A DNA stretch of 64,000 nt, taken from the NCBI GenBank assembly GCA_964247055.1, contig OZ176059.1:2294001-2358000 (forward strand), given 5' to 3'. Of this stretch, positions 1 to 14,250 are shown piece after piece. Position 1 is the stretch's first letter; each line of letters begins with the position of its first letter. The notes beneath the pieces are model-generated. The model had not been told where the DNA came from, searched no databases, and was given only the letters and a program-made list of their open reading frames with translations. The stretch is from Paragordius varius. Its lineage: Eukaryota > Animalia > Nematomorpha. Made by a program: the position numbers and the translations under genes.

Positions 1-543
1 ACGTAAAAACTTAAAGACAAATATTTTTGTCAAAAGACAATTATACTTTGTCAAATTTTTTTATACAATTTCATTGTGGGGTTCACCCGTTATCAGGATT
101 TTACTTTTATTTTCATTTATAATCAGAAAATATCATTGGTTACCAATATACATTTCTATATCATATTATCCAATTTTTTCAAAAACAGCAAGTTAAAAAA
201 AGTACAGCGCAGTCTCTTAAAAAAATTTTTGTCCTTATATATTTTCATTTTGTCCGTATTATCATCTCAATTTTTACTGTAAAAAACAACTTAAAAAGTA
301 AAATATTTTGTTTAGAAAAAAATATAACCTATATAAATATATATATGATTCCAATTTTTTAACATTATGTTTGTTCCCACAACTATAATATTCCTTATTT
401 GGCAAACCAAAACAATAAAAATATACATAAATAAAAATAATTTTAAAATTAAGTTGTTTTTTTTTGAATTTTTTAAACATCATATGTTTTGCTTTAATAA
501 TTTAATATTTTTATGATATATAAATAAATTATATTTGTCTAAC

Positions 544-733
544 CAAGAATTATTTTGAGGTATTCGCAAAAAAAGTTCATCATCTATTGGAATATTTTTG
601 TCAATATTTTCCATAATAGGTTTATCTACTATATCGATTGCGTTTAAATGGTTAGGGCTTTCAAGTATACCTTTCGGTGAGGATTTTGAAACATTAGAAT
701 CGTGTTTTAACTTATTTTTGTTATTAACTAAAG

Positions 734-811
<78 letters not shown>

Positions 812-3800
812 CTTACAGTCATGTATCCTTTGTTTTATTAAAAATTTATTTTTTTTGCGTTAAATGGGTCGGTATAAATATTTGGTAAAGAATGAAAAAA
901 ACAAAGGCTCTATGGTAATTCTTATATATTTTTTAATAAATATCATATTGTTAAAACCATAGAGCTCTTGTTTTTTCCATTCTTTACCAAATAATTATAC
1001 CCCCATTTAAAGAAAGAATATAAATTTAATAAAAAATATATGACTGTAAATGAAAAATTGGAAGATACAGATATATAAAATAATATTTTATAACATCGGT
1101 TTTTGATACTATTAAATATATATATATATATATATATATTTATTCTTATGCGTTGAAATTACAACCGTATTATTTTTAAATAATAATAATATATACCATT
1201 TACAATTTCCAAATTCACCCTTGAACAAGTGAAATTTACTCTAAAAATCAATTATGAATTTTCGCGCGGTTAATATAACTTAAGATATGTTATTGAATAA
1301 AAAAATATATTGCTTTTACTATCCAGTATTTACTAACAAATTTCATTTTAAATAAAAATGGTTCTTTTTACAAATTTTACGTAGGACTTATTGGTTTTTT
1401 TAAGCTGGTAAATGGCAACATTTACTATTCTTTTTTCACCTAAAATAATATCGGTTATATTTTTATAAATTTCTAAGATAAATGTTTTTTTAAATTACAT
1501 AATTCATATATATATAAAATATAAACATATTAATATATTTATTTAATATTAATAATTGTTTTATTATTAATAATAATTTTTCCTTTCTCCATTTTAAGCT
1601 TTGTGCGAGTTCAATATACAGAGATGTGGATTCCTTTTTACCTTTTCCAAAATTATATAAATACTCGGTTTTGAATCCTTCGTTTCAGAATTGATATTCT
1701 TAAATTAAATAATTATACTCGGATAATCTTTCAAATAAAGGTTTTTCATATCAAAAATTAATAATTGCAATTTGATTTTCCAAGTTTATGTTTTAATTTT
1801 TCCAGATTCGAAATTATCGAACTTTACTTTGATTTGGTGTTTCATGTTGTTAATTTTTTTTCTGATTTAATATATGTTCAGATATTTGTCATTCATATTT
1901 TTAATTTCGACTTGTATTTATATATTATATGGATATATATATATATATATATATATTTATGTATCATTACTTTGTTTTTTTTATTGAGATTGTATAACTT
2001 TTGTTAAAAAATATTGGATTTTTTTCAAGAATGTTCCACAATTATATAACTTTCTTCGGTCATATCATTTTTGTTTGTGTAAAATATTTGAGTTTATATA
2101 CATTATAATGACCTTAATTTTATACTATAAACATTAATTGATAATATGTTGATGATGGCATATAGATTATCCGAGTATAATTATTTATAAAAAAAAATAG
2201 AAATTAAATCAGAAACGAAGGATTCAAAACCGAGTATTTGTTTATATAATTTTGGAAAGGTAAAAAGGAATCAATCCATTTACAAGGAACTCATATCTCT
2301 GCATATTGAACTCTCACAAAGCTTAAAATAGAGAAAGAAAAAATTATTATTAATAATAAAACAATTATTAATATTTATAAATATATATTAATATGTTTAT
2401 ATTATGTGATTTAACATTTATTTTATAGAAATTTTTTTATAACCGTATCCTTAAGTGAAAATAATAGTTTAGAATTTTGCCATTATTGATCTAACCCAAA
2501 TACTCAAGGATGGGCTAAAACGAGATTCAATTGTTCAAAAAAACAATATATATATTTTTGGTATATTTATGAATAAATGTGTGTATTAATAACTGCATTT
2601 GTAAAAAATGGGTAGATAATCGATGATATTTATTTTTCAATAGACGACTTTCTATTTTTATTATGAATATTTCAAACGCATTTTATAAATGAAATCGAAA
2701 ACAAAAAAAACAAAATGAAAATAAACATTTTACACACAATAAAGACTTAAAAGTACCTATTTTTATTCAATGTTTTTTTCAAAAAATGGTACATACCTAC
2801 TTTTTATTCAGCAGGCCCAATATCTTCATGGTATACTTTATTATTTTTTCCGTATTAGATAATTGATTTAAATTAAAATTTCATTTTTTTAAAAAATATA
2901 TAAAAAACATATAGGTAATTTTTAAACTTATCAAACACACATAATATATTTAACACTTCGATTCAAATTGGGGTATTTAAATACCCCGGACTAAATTTAA
3001 ATTAAAATTTTTAGAAAACTACTAAAGAAAACGGTCCCAATTTAAATTTATGCTTCTATCCTGATAAAAATTATATAAATATGCCAAAATATCTTGATAA
3101 AATTTTGTTTAGAAAAAAAAGTTCCACCTCAAACTACTTCGACGCCATTTTTATTTTACAAAAATTGTGCAAAATATCGTCTTCATTTAATTTTAAGGGT
3201 AAAACTAAAGCTTATTATATAAATTACATCTAACATGGATAGAAATAGAAAAAGCGGTTTATTTTGTATTATTTTTTAATTTTACAATTTGACACATGTC
3301 ACGTTGACTAAATTTTTACCTTAGTTTTAGCTCAAAATTAGTAATATCAAGTATTTTTAAATAAATTTTTTTATATATTTTGGTTTATTAATGTTATATA
3401 AGTGCAAAATTTTGCCATGGTTTCGATTGCTTCCATACTTTTTAAACTATTTGATTTTAAAGAGGCCTAGGGTATCCAACTACCCCAATTTGAATCGAAG
3501 GACTAAAATGAGTGTGTTGTATCCAAGTGTTAATGGATGAATTTGAATTGTTCGAGGGTGAATTAATTTAAAGTGTAAATGGTATGTATGGTATATTCTA
3601 TTTTAATTCAATTGTACAAATAACCACACAAGTTTTTTGTAATGATTAAAGTATATTTTTTACATTGGTGTTAAATTTTATAATAATAATAAAAATAATT
3701 TAAAATACTCCAATATATATTTGTTGTCCAAAATATAGTATAGATTTAAGGCACCACCATTAAAATTTGGGAAAGAAATCACACTACCAACAATAAAATA

Positions 3801-5703
3801 CCCATATAAAGTAAAATTTCTTATGACAATCCATTCATTACATATAAAAACAGAAGTATACATTTTGTGATGATAATATAAGCTATTAAACTGTCATTAT
3901 TATATCGTACACATAAAAATATTATGATTTTTTTATTATATTATATAGTTTGATAAAATTGACACACAAAAAACCTATTGATTACAATATTTATCACTTT
4001 TTTTTATTCTCCAAAAAATTTTTAACGACAGCTGACTGCTTTTTAGGTTTCTAAATAAAACGTTATTCCCATTATTTTAGATTAGGCTTAGCTCGGTTCT
4101 CCTTAATTCTAAAGGAAAAATTTAAAATATGTTAAAAATTTAAATATACACACTTACAAATAATTTCATATAATAATATATCACACACTTATTGTTCTGT
4201 CTGAATACTTTGTAATAATTTTGAGTTCGTTTTAACATTATTTTAGTAAAATTATATTTTTCCGTAAATTATAATTAAATACTATTTTTCCTCGTTCCAA
4301 ATAGCTTATTATTATTATTGCAATTAATATCTGAAAAAGGGATTAATCCATCTAACTTTTCAGCCAAATTTAGCACCATTTTCCCGTGTTTATTGGACGC
4401 GTCACCTTAAAAATGATATATGCATTATGCTTGCTATTATAGAAAAAACTTGAATCAAATTAGAAAAAACTTATAAACATTAGTATCAACTTAAAAAAAA
4501 TTATAGAATAATATAAAAAGAGTATGATTAGATTTTATATTATGACAAAAAAATAGGTTTAAAGAGTATATATATATATATTAATTAACTCTAAAATGTT
4601 TAAATTTTTATATTTTACCATTCCCAAAAAAATTTTTAATTAAAAACGGGGAATGTCAAAAATGTTTCAAACATATTTAAAAAAAACACAGATAATTTTA
4701 TAAAGTTACAATTTAAATTTTATTAATATATGTATATCACCAGTTATAATTCAAATTCACCCTTGAAAAAAAATATGTGGTTTCGGGCTAATATAACTCA
4801 TCTCATAATATGTATGAATATTTTCTTTATGGCATAGAAGATAGTATTATATTAATATATTAAAAACGGTATTTGATTTTGTAAAAAAACTTCAAAAAAA
4901 GCATAGATAGTAGTTTTTAACATTCGAAAAAACATAATTTATTTAAAGGGGGTGGGTGAATTCGAAAATTGTTAAAGGGTGATTATGAATTGTAAATTGT
5001 ATATAATAGTATACCTGGACAGTCTGTTTTAAGTAACGGTAAACATTGTTTATGGGCTTTATATTCACAATCTATCATTTTTTGGCATATAAATATCAAT
5101 TACAATAAGTAATTTAATGTAGTAGTCGCTTATTTTTTTCTTATATTATACTAGGGAATTTCGCAACACAGGAGTGTATGGGAAAAAAGAAAGGAAATAC
5201 TTGTTTGTTTAATATGTTGTTGTTTTTTTCCATACACTACTGTTATGTTTTTTGCATACTCCCCTACTATAGTGCAGTGAAATAAACTACCAATAAAATG
5301 CATATTTAAACATTTTTATTTTATAATTTAAATTTTAGTTTATATTTTAATTTTATTCTTTACGTCTGAAAAAGATTACTTGTAGTAATCGAAATATTAT
5401 AATAAATTTATATAATTTTAGCTGAATCATAATTGCATTAATGTGATAGATATATTAAAATATATCAATTTTGCATATATGCGACCTGAGAAACTCTTCT
5501 GAGAAAAATTTAAAAATTGCAAAAATTAAAAAAAATATGCTCACAAAGTAATCTTAAAATATTGACAATTTCTGTAACATATCTTTAAATAAGTCACATT
5601 CGATTGGCAATAAACAACCCAACTTGAAAAAATTGTAATATTATTGTGCAGTTACATTAACAGTCTTATGTTTTTAAAATCTAATAAATTATTTAAGATT
5701 GCC

Positions 5704-5748
<45 letters not shown>

Positions 5749-8700
5749 GAAATTATACGGGCAAAACGTCAAAATATAAAGACAGATATTTTTTTTCCAA
5801 AAAAGAGAATCATGCTTTATATATCTTGATTTATTTATATAAAAATCGTTGTTTAAATTTGCAAAATATAGAAATGAGATGTTTGGTAATACAATTAATT
5901 ATATATGAATTAAATAGTTTATATAGAAAATATTAAGGTTTAAAAAAGTATGGAGTTGTTTTTTGAAAAAAACCTATTTGTTTTTATATTTCAACTTTGA
6001 AATTTTTTTTGTGAGCTCGCCGTATAATTTTAATTTTTTGCATATATATATATATATATATATATATACCAATTATTTTACTTTGATTTAATTAAATTTT
6101 TGGGTAAATACAAACTTTATTATAAGAAGCTAAATTTTTTTAATCAAAACCATTTTAAAATAATCAACATTATTAGAATTATTAAGTATTAATAAAACAT
6201 AAACTGAGATTCTCCATAATAATTAAAGAAACATAAAATTTCCAAAAAAAATTTCCAAAAAAATAGTTTTTTCTTAAAAAAAAAAATATAAATAATACTT
6301 TGACATTTATAGCCCTGTAGGATATATCCTTTGAGTAAAAGGTGGCAAAAATCGCACCGCATATCATTATTAATATTGCTAATATTATTATTATTGTTAA
6401 AATTGTTTGTAGTAAATGTATGGATATTAAATTGATGATTTTTAATGGCATTATAATTTATTGAAGGATTACACCAGATGCCTGGTTTAAGATTGTCTCT
6501 GTAAAAATGGGTTATAATTTATAATAAAAAATGTACATTAACCAATTCAAATTACCCTCGAACAATTCAAAGTTGAACCGATTTAAATTCAACCTAACTA
6601 ATATAACTTTAATTTAGATAAAAATCTTTATGGCATAGTTTATGTAATTTTGTATTATTGATATTTTATACTAAAATTTTATATTTTTTTAAAAAAAATA
6701 AAAATATAGTTAATATTTAATTTTAAAATGACACATAATTTATTTTAGGAGGGTGAATTCGATTTGTTTAATGGTGAATAAGAAGTATAAATGGTATATA
6801 TTAATTGTTAAAAAAAGATAAATGATATTTTATTAATATATTTTAACGATAAAATACCAAAAACAAAAATTTGAAAATAAAAAAAAGTATTTATAAAAAT
6901 TAACATAGAACACACACAACTAGTATAAACCAAATAAAAAAAATAAGAAAATAAAATATTTATATTGATATTAATTTACCCTAAAACTAATGATAAAAAT
7001 ATACTAAAATTTCGAACTATAAAACTTTAATTTTTTAATAAAATTAATTTATAAATCATATTTATTTTAAAAGCAAAATTTACTAACTGTAAGAATATTA
7101 GATGGACCAACCAAAGGACATAAATTTCGAACGATTTTGCATACATATTGTATATACAGCCAGGATTTTTATTTGATATCATAACCCAAGGGTAAGCCCA
7201 CTATAAATTAAAAAATTTTTATAAATCTATAAAACTCTAATATAACTTTTGATTACCACGGTAAATTTATGGATGTAAAAATTTAAGCCTAAAAACTTAG
7301 GTAAAAAAATAACTAAATTATTGTAGGAATAAATTGTTTGGGATTTTAAAATACAGACCTCTCAGAATATTTAGCTTTTTAAAATGAAAAATAACTACTG
7401 TCCATAAACTAATAAACTCATGTTAATAATTATATTTTTTTGATTTCTGTGAAAGCCACATATAATCACCCACAAACGAGTTGGTTCATTGTGAAAAGGG
7501 GAATATAAAACCCAAAATATCATATTAGATCGGTTACTTTAAAAATTATTACTATACCATTTTTCATGCAAAAACATCATTTTTTCAACCAAATGCAACA
7601 TTTTTTCAACCAAACTCAACATTTTTTCAAGCAAACGCAACATTTTTTCAAGCAAAGACAACATTTTTTCAAGCAAACGCAACATATTTTCAAGCAAACG
7701 CAACATTTTTTCAACCAAAGACAACATTTTTTTATCCAAACGCAACATTTTTTTAACCAAAGACAACATTTTTTCAAGCAAAAACAACATTGTTTTAAAA
7801 TAAAAAACCAATTTTTTTAATTTAAGAAATATTAAATTTAAAGTTAATGTAAATTAATTATAACGTGGAATTATGATTTTTCTTGTTTTATCATCAATTT
7901 TTTATGGTATAATTGATTTTCAAACATTTTAAATTAGCCCATAAATTGCATTTATGACATTTGCACTTCAAGAGTGTCCTTGAACACTTCAAGTTGGTCC
8001 TTCAATATTTTAATTTTGATTCTAACGTTTACTAATGAAGCAATAAAATATTCATTATTCAATCATTTGAAACCTATTTTTTTATATAACTTAAACCTTT
8101 AAGTGAATACATTTCTTTCATAAGAACCGTGTTATTATTTTTTATAAATTAACTATATTAAAAAATATCTACGTTTTTTGGGTTATTGATCGTAATATTT
8201 AGTTTAAAATAATAATAAATTTATAATATTGATAAATTGAAGAAAATTACCTCGAAACAAATAAAGTTGTTTTATGAAAATATTAATTTTGATTCAAAAA
8301 ATACTAATAAATAGAGATATTAAAATTTTAAAAATAGATAATTACACACAAAAATAACGGTCGTATGGAAACTGCAAAAAAAGTAAGAAATTTTAAGTGA
8401 AGGATAACTTAAGACTCTTAAAGCGCAAATTGTGTAGATTTTTTAGGTGAAACTATTGTTGTAAAAAAGTATTTATAAATAATGCAATTGGGCTAAATTT
8501 AAATGTTTGAAGATCAATCAATTTACCATCAAATATTGATGATAAGACAATAAATATCAAATTTCTACGTTAAAATTAATTTACATTAACTTTAAATTTA
8601 ATATTTCTTAAAATAAAAAAATTGGTTTTTTATTTTAAAAAAATGTTGTTTTTGCTTGAAAAAATGTTGTCTTTGGTTGAAAAAATGTTGCGTTTGGATG

Positions 8701-11700
8701 AAAAAATGTTGTCTTTGGTTGAAAAAATGTTGCGTTTGCTTGAAAAAATGTTGCGTTTGCTTGAAATATTGTTGTCTTTGCTTGAAAAAATGTTGCGTTT
8801 GCTCGAAAAAATGTTGTCTTTGCTTGAAAAAATGTTGCGTTTGCTTGAAAAAATGTTGAGTTTGGTTGAAAAAATGATGTTTTTGCATGAAAAATGGTAT
8901 ATATCAGAGCACATTACAAAAAAAAATTTATACTAATGTTTCTTAAGTTTTTTTACTTGAAATTTTCAACATATATACCATTTACAATTCAAATTCACCC
9001 TTGAACAATTCAAATTTACCCTCAAACAATTCAAATTCACCATTGAACAATTGAAATTCACCCTAAAAATAAATCATGAAATTTCTGTCTAATATAGCTC
9101 ATCATTAAAATTAAATATATTTTTATGGCATGGTTTATTAATTTTTCAGTATTATTTTAATTTTAAACAAAAATTCTTTTTTTAAAAAATATAGCTTATC
9201 TTAAAAAACACATAATTTCTTTTAGGTGATTTTGAATTGTTCAAGGGTGAATTTAAATTGTTTAAGGGTGAATTCGAACTGTAAATGGTATATATATTGA
9301 AAAAAAATTAAAACCTTTGATGTTTTTTTGAATTGTTGTCGCCAATAATCATAAGTAGTATCTATGGAAGATATTGCCTGTATTTTAGCCATAAAATCAT
9401 CTATTGGGCTTTGTTCGCGATTATTTTTGCAGCTAAAACAATAGTTATTTACATTATATTACATGATGTTATTGTCAAGTATAGTAAGTGTGTTTAAATA
9501 ACATTCATTACTTATTTATTACATATTTGGAAAGTGTATAAGAATGGGTTTAATGAGTTTAATAGCTTCGCAGGCCGTATTTTTTGATCGAAAAATCCGA
9601 CGGAGGGCATACTCAAAGCAAATTATAGATTGGAATTAACAAATTTTTAGATTATTTCAAACCAAAAAAGAAATTATAGAAATTACTACTCTCTTACTAT
9701 TCCAATTTTAACAATTTTTTGCCTAGTTCAATGGCAAAATTCGTAGAAGAGTTTTGATTCAAGAAAATTTTTGTCAAGAATATCACTTTCGACTTAGATT
9801 TTAATTTTTTTGTATTTGAATTTCTCACGATCTGCAAAAATATTTTGAAGTGTTACGTGTTGAACACCTCTTGTTTAAGGATCAAATATATTCTTATGTA
9901 TGTTATATAGAACTTAAAAAGCTTATCATTGACATATTGGGTTAATAAAAAAATAACATAAAATTGTTTATCATTTTTTCGCACAATAAAATTTAATTAA
10001 TTATATTATATTGTTTTTGTTGATATAATGAGAACGAATAGTTTATTAAAATAATAATTTTAATTATCGTAAAACTTATTAAATTAAATTATATCCAGAA
10101 TTTTTGCATGGTAGTATCTTTTTCAATGGATTAACTAAAATAAAAGACAAAAATAATAATAATAAAATATAATTAAATAAAATTTATAATTATAATATAT
10201 AATAAAAACAATAAAATTTTATTATAGTATATTGTTTTGTTTATTTCAATTTAATTTACAGAAATATTTTTCACAAAACTTTTTCTCAAAAAGCCTTATT
10301 ATTAAATTTATCTTTTATAAGCGTTCACTGTTACTATTTTATTGATATATAGAGTAAAAATTGGACTTTATACTGACAAAACGTAAAATTTAGGGACAAT
10401 TTTTTTTAAAAAAAGACAACCAATTTTTTTAAACCTTTTATTTTATCCTATAATAAACATTGAATAACAAAAATATATACCATTTACACTTCAAGAGTGT
10501 CCTTGAACAATTCAAGTTGGTCCTTGAACAATTCAAGTTGGTCCTTGAACAATTCAAGTTGGTCCTTGAACAGTTCAAGTTGGTCCTTGAACAATTCAAG
10601 TTGGTCCTTGAACAATTCAAGTTGGTCCTTGAACAATTCAAGTTGGTCCTTGAACAATTCAAGTTGGTCCTTGAACAATTCAAGTTGGTCCTTGAACAAT
10701 TCAAGTTGGTCCTTGAACAATTCAAGTTGGTCCTTTAACTTTTTTGTTTTGTTTTTAACTTTTATCAATCAAATCGAAAATAATTCGTCTATTTTATTGT
10801 TTTTAACCTATTTTCTATTATTTAACATAAATTTTAAATCAATATCAACTTTTAATCTTTGAGAAACCGTATATCTTTATAAATTTCTTAAAATAATTTT
10901 GGATATTTATAAGATTTTAGCACGAAATGAAAAAATATATAAGTTGTCTAGGTTATTAATTAAAATTTTTCATTAAAAACATTTAAAAGTCAAAAATTTT
11001 GTTCAATTGAAAAAAAAATAGTTTGAAACAAAAAAAAAGGTTTTACAATAAAAAATTTTATTTAAATGAATAAATATATAATAAATAAAGAAAATTAGGT
11101 TTATAAATAATTAAATAAAAAAATAAATGCAAAAATTATGGTTAAATCAAAATTTATAAATTTTAAGGACCAACTTGAATTGTTCAAGGACCAACTTAAA
11201 TTGTTCAAGGACCAACTTGAATTGTTCAAGGACCAACTTGAACTGTTCAAGGACCAACTTAAATTGTTCAAGGACCAACTTGAATTGTTCAAGGACCAAC
11301 TTAAATTGTTCAAGGACCAACTTGAATTGTTCAAGGACCAACTTGAATTGTTCAAGGACCAACTTGAATTGTTCAAGGACACTCTTGAAGTGTAAATGGT
11401 ATAAATGCCAATATACATTTATCCTATTTTATAACTCTTTCCACTTAAAACACTCACTTACATTTTTTAAAAGAATTAAGATATTTAAAAAGTATGGATG
11501 GTTATCTCTTAAAAAAATATGTTTATAAACCTCAATAAAAAAAGTTTTACCTTTCTAAAGCCACAGAACTTAGCCATGAAATAAATTGATTTTGATAACC
11601 ATTTTTATTTCGCTTAATATTATAGCTATCATCAGAGTGTTGTTGAATGTTTGTAATATCATTTGAGTCTGGTGAAGTTGGTGAATTAATATTAGCATTG

Positions 11701-14211
11701 ATATAACCATTTAGGGTTGTTAAATTTTTATTAGGTATTTCTAGGCGAAAATTTTTCAAACAAATTTGTTCTTTGATTCCATATTTATCCAACTAAAATA
11801 TAAAAATTTAATCCAAAAAACATTATAAAAAATAACAAAAAATTTTAGAAAAAAAATTATATATATATATATATATTTTTTATATTGTTTATGTTTAAAT
11901 AAATAAATGTAAAAAATTTAGTATTTTTTTATTTATAAATTGAATATATACAGTAAAAACTGAAATTATACGTACGAAACGTAAAAATATAAATAAATAT
12001 TTTTTTAAAATAACCATACTTTTTTAATCATAATTTAGTTCAATATAACTCATTGTTTTAAATAGCAAAGCAAAGCAAGAAAAAATATATATTTATTAAC
12101 ACAATCAATCCTATATTTTACGATTTTAATTAAATAGCTTATATAAAAAAATAGAAGGTTTTAAAAAGTATGATTGTCTTTTAGATAAAAATATTTGTCT
12201 TTATATTTTTTCGTTTCGTATAAATTTACTTTTTATTGTATGCATATATATATATATATATATATATAATACCTTGGGTAGTTTGCAATATATTAAAGAT
12301 TGATCAAATAGGAAAGCATATCTAAAAAGCAAAAAAACCATATAAAAAATAAAAATATCTAAAATTAATAATAATGTTTTATTTTACTAAGAAATATTAA
12401 ATTTAAAATGTTTAATTAATATATCAAAATAATATTAATATTGATTATAAAACAATAAAAATTATTTATCGGAAAAAATTTAATAAAAAAATAGTTTCAA
12501 ATAAATTATATAATACTTGATATATTATAATAATTATACATTTAATAAGAAGAAAGACATATCCAAAAAATTAATAAAGTTAAATAGGATTATATATTAA
12601 AAAATAAGGATACCAAAAATAAAATTTTTTTATAAAATTATAAATATGTTTTATCAAAAAAATTATTAAAAAAATCATTAGTAGTGATAAATTGATATTT
12701 ATTATTATTTCTTTTTTTAAATTCTAAATATTACAGTAAAAATTGAAATTATACGAACAAAACATAAAAATATAAAGACAAATATTTTTTCTAAAAGATA
12801 ACCCCATACATTTTAAATCTTAATTATTTAAGTTATAATTTTTTCTTTTAGACTGGAATTATATATATAAAAGATGTATATTGGTAACACAATCATTTAT
12901 GTATTTTTTGATTGTAATTAAATTATTTTTATAGGAAAAATGTAGGTTTATAAAAAGTATGGTTGTCTTTAAAAAATTTGTCTTTATATTTCCACATTTT
13001 GTCGGTAAAATTTTATTTTTACTGTAAAATTTCCAAAAAATTATAAAAAAATGACCTTAATTTCAATCTTGAATCATGAGTAGATTTAATTTTAAGTTCA
13101 CCCTCTGTATATAAACGACCCAATTTACAGGAAAATGGTAAGGGATATGGCTAAAACATTATAGATGTAAGAAAAAATAAAAAAAATTTTTTATAAATAA
13201 ATTAATTTTATATTTAAAACATTAAAAAATTGTAGATAAAAAAAGAAATAAATTGATAATAAATTAAAAATAAAAATTATACGGACAAAAAGTAAAAATA
13301 TCAAGACAAATATTTTTTTCTAATAAAAGACAACAAACTTTTTAAATCTTGATTTTTTTTCAATATACCATTTACAATTCAAATTTACCCTTAAAAAAAT
13401 CAAATTCATCCTTGAACAATTCAAATTCACCCTCGAACAATTAACACCCTCACATAAAATATATGTTTTTTATGATTAAAAATTACCTATATTTTTATAT
13501 ATTTATAAAAAATAAAAAATTTGTTTTAAGTTAAAATAAACTTAAAAAATAATAAACTATGCCATAAAGATATAATTAATATGAATAATGGGTTATATTA
13601 GTTCGAATACACAAAGTTTATTTTTAAGGTGACTTTGAATTGAAGGGTGAAAATTGTTCGAGGGTGAATTTGAACTGTAAATGGTATATAACTCATTATT
13701 TAAAATAGCAAAATATGAAATAGATATATATATATATATATATATATATATTACTAACGCAATCAATTATATATTTTACAATTGTAACTAAATAGCTGAT
13801 ATAGAAAAATTAAGGTTTTAAAAAACTATGGTTGTCTTTTAGAAAAAAAAATTTGTCTTTATATTTTTAGGTTTTGTCCGTATAGTTTCAATATTTATTG
13901 TATTATAAAAGCATTAAGATAAAAAAAAAGAAGAGCTTGATATAAAGATTGTATTTTATGCGACACTTAGGAGTGACAGAACAAATATAATATTTAAATC
14001 TTAAACTTTAAAACCATATAATCATTGGACAATATAAGTTTGTGTCTCTTTTAAAAAAATATTTTGCTATTTTTTTATATAATTAAATAAAAATTATGTA
14101 TATAAAATCTTTATACTATTATTGCTTAAATTAATACACGTTTAAAAGTCTGATGTATATCATATAATTTGCAATGGATGAATTCAAAACAAGCAATTAG
14201 ATATTTTTTGT

Positions 14212-14250
<39 letters not shown>

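Larger units (their letters stand above)
1194..3584. mobile_element. Family A MITE split by nested insertions
   Basis: Left arm at 1194-1320. Internal sequence and right arm at 2820-3584, interrupted by the TTAA-flanked element at 2954-3529. The foldback at 1410-2485 lies between the halves. Confidence 0.6.

Noticed and set aside
598-888. YI-repeat ORFs (also 1765-2007, 5644-5829)
   Set aside because: Translations of (TA)n microsatellites.
1381-1439. Candidate extra Vav exon (GEKRIVNVAIYQLKKTNKSY)
   Set aside because: Overlaps the inverted arm of the 1410-2485 foldback. Flanking exons 4405-4283 and 727-544 already join in phase 1.
3678-3863. SH3-like exon for Vav (WIVIRNFT..GALNL)
   Set aside because: Would need a phase-2 acceptor incompatible with the neighbouring phase-1 exons; no conserved SH3 Trp/Pro.
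7539-8936. LEKMLRL / QTQHFFK / KKCCVCL repeat ORFs
   Set aside because: Same artefact from the family-C inverted 21-bp arrays.
10501-10732. Possible CRISPR array or telomeric/centromeric satellite
   Set aside because: Head-to-tail units with no unique spacers, mirrored in an inverted arm and bounded by TIRs, in eukaryotic DNA.
10438-11528. Heptad-repeat ORFs (KDQLELF, LEQFKLV, NCSRTNL, SLNNSSW) resembling leucine zippers
   Set aside because: They are translations of the 21-bp non-coding MITE arrays, open in several frames on both strands because 21 is divisible by 3. They lie in a Vav intron.
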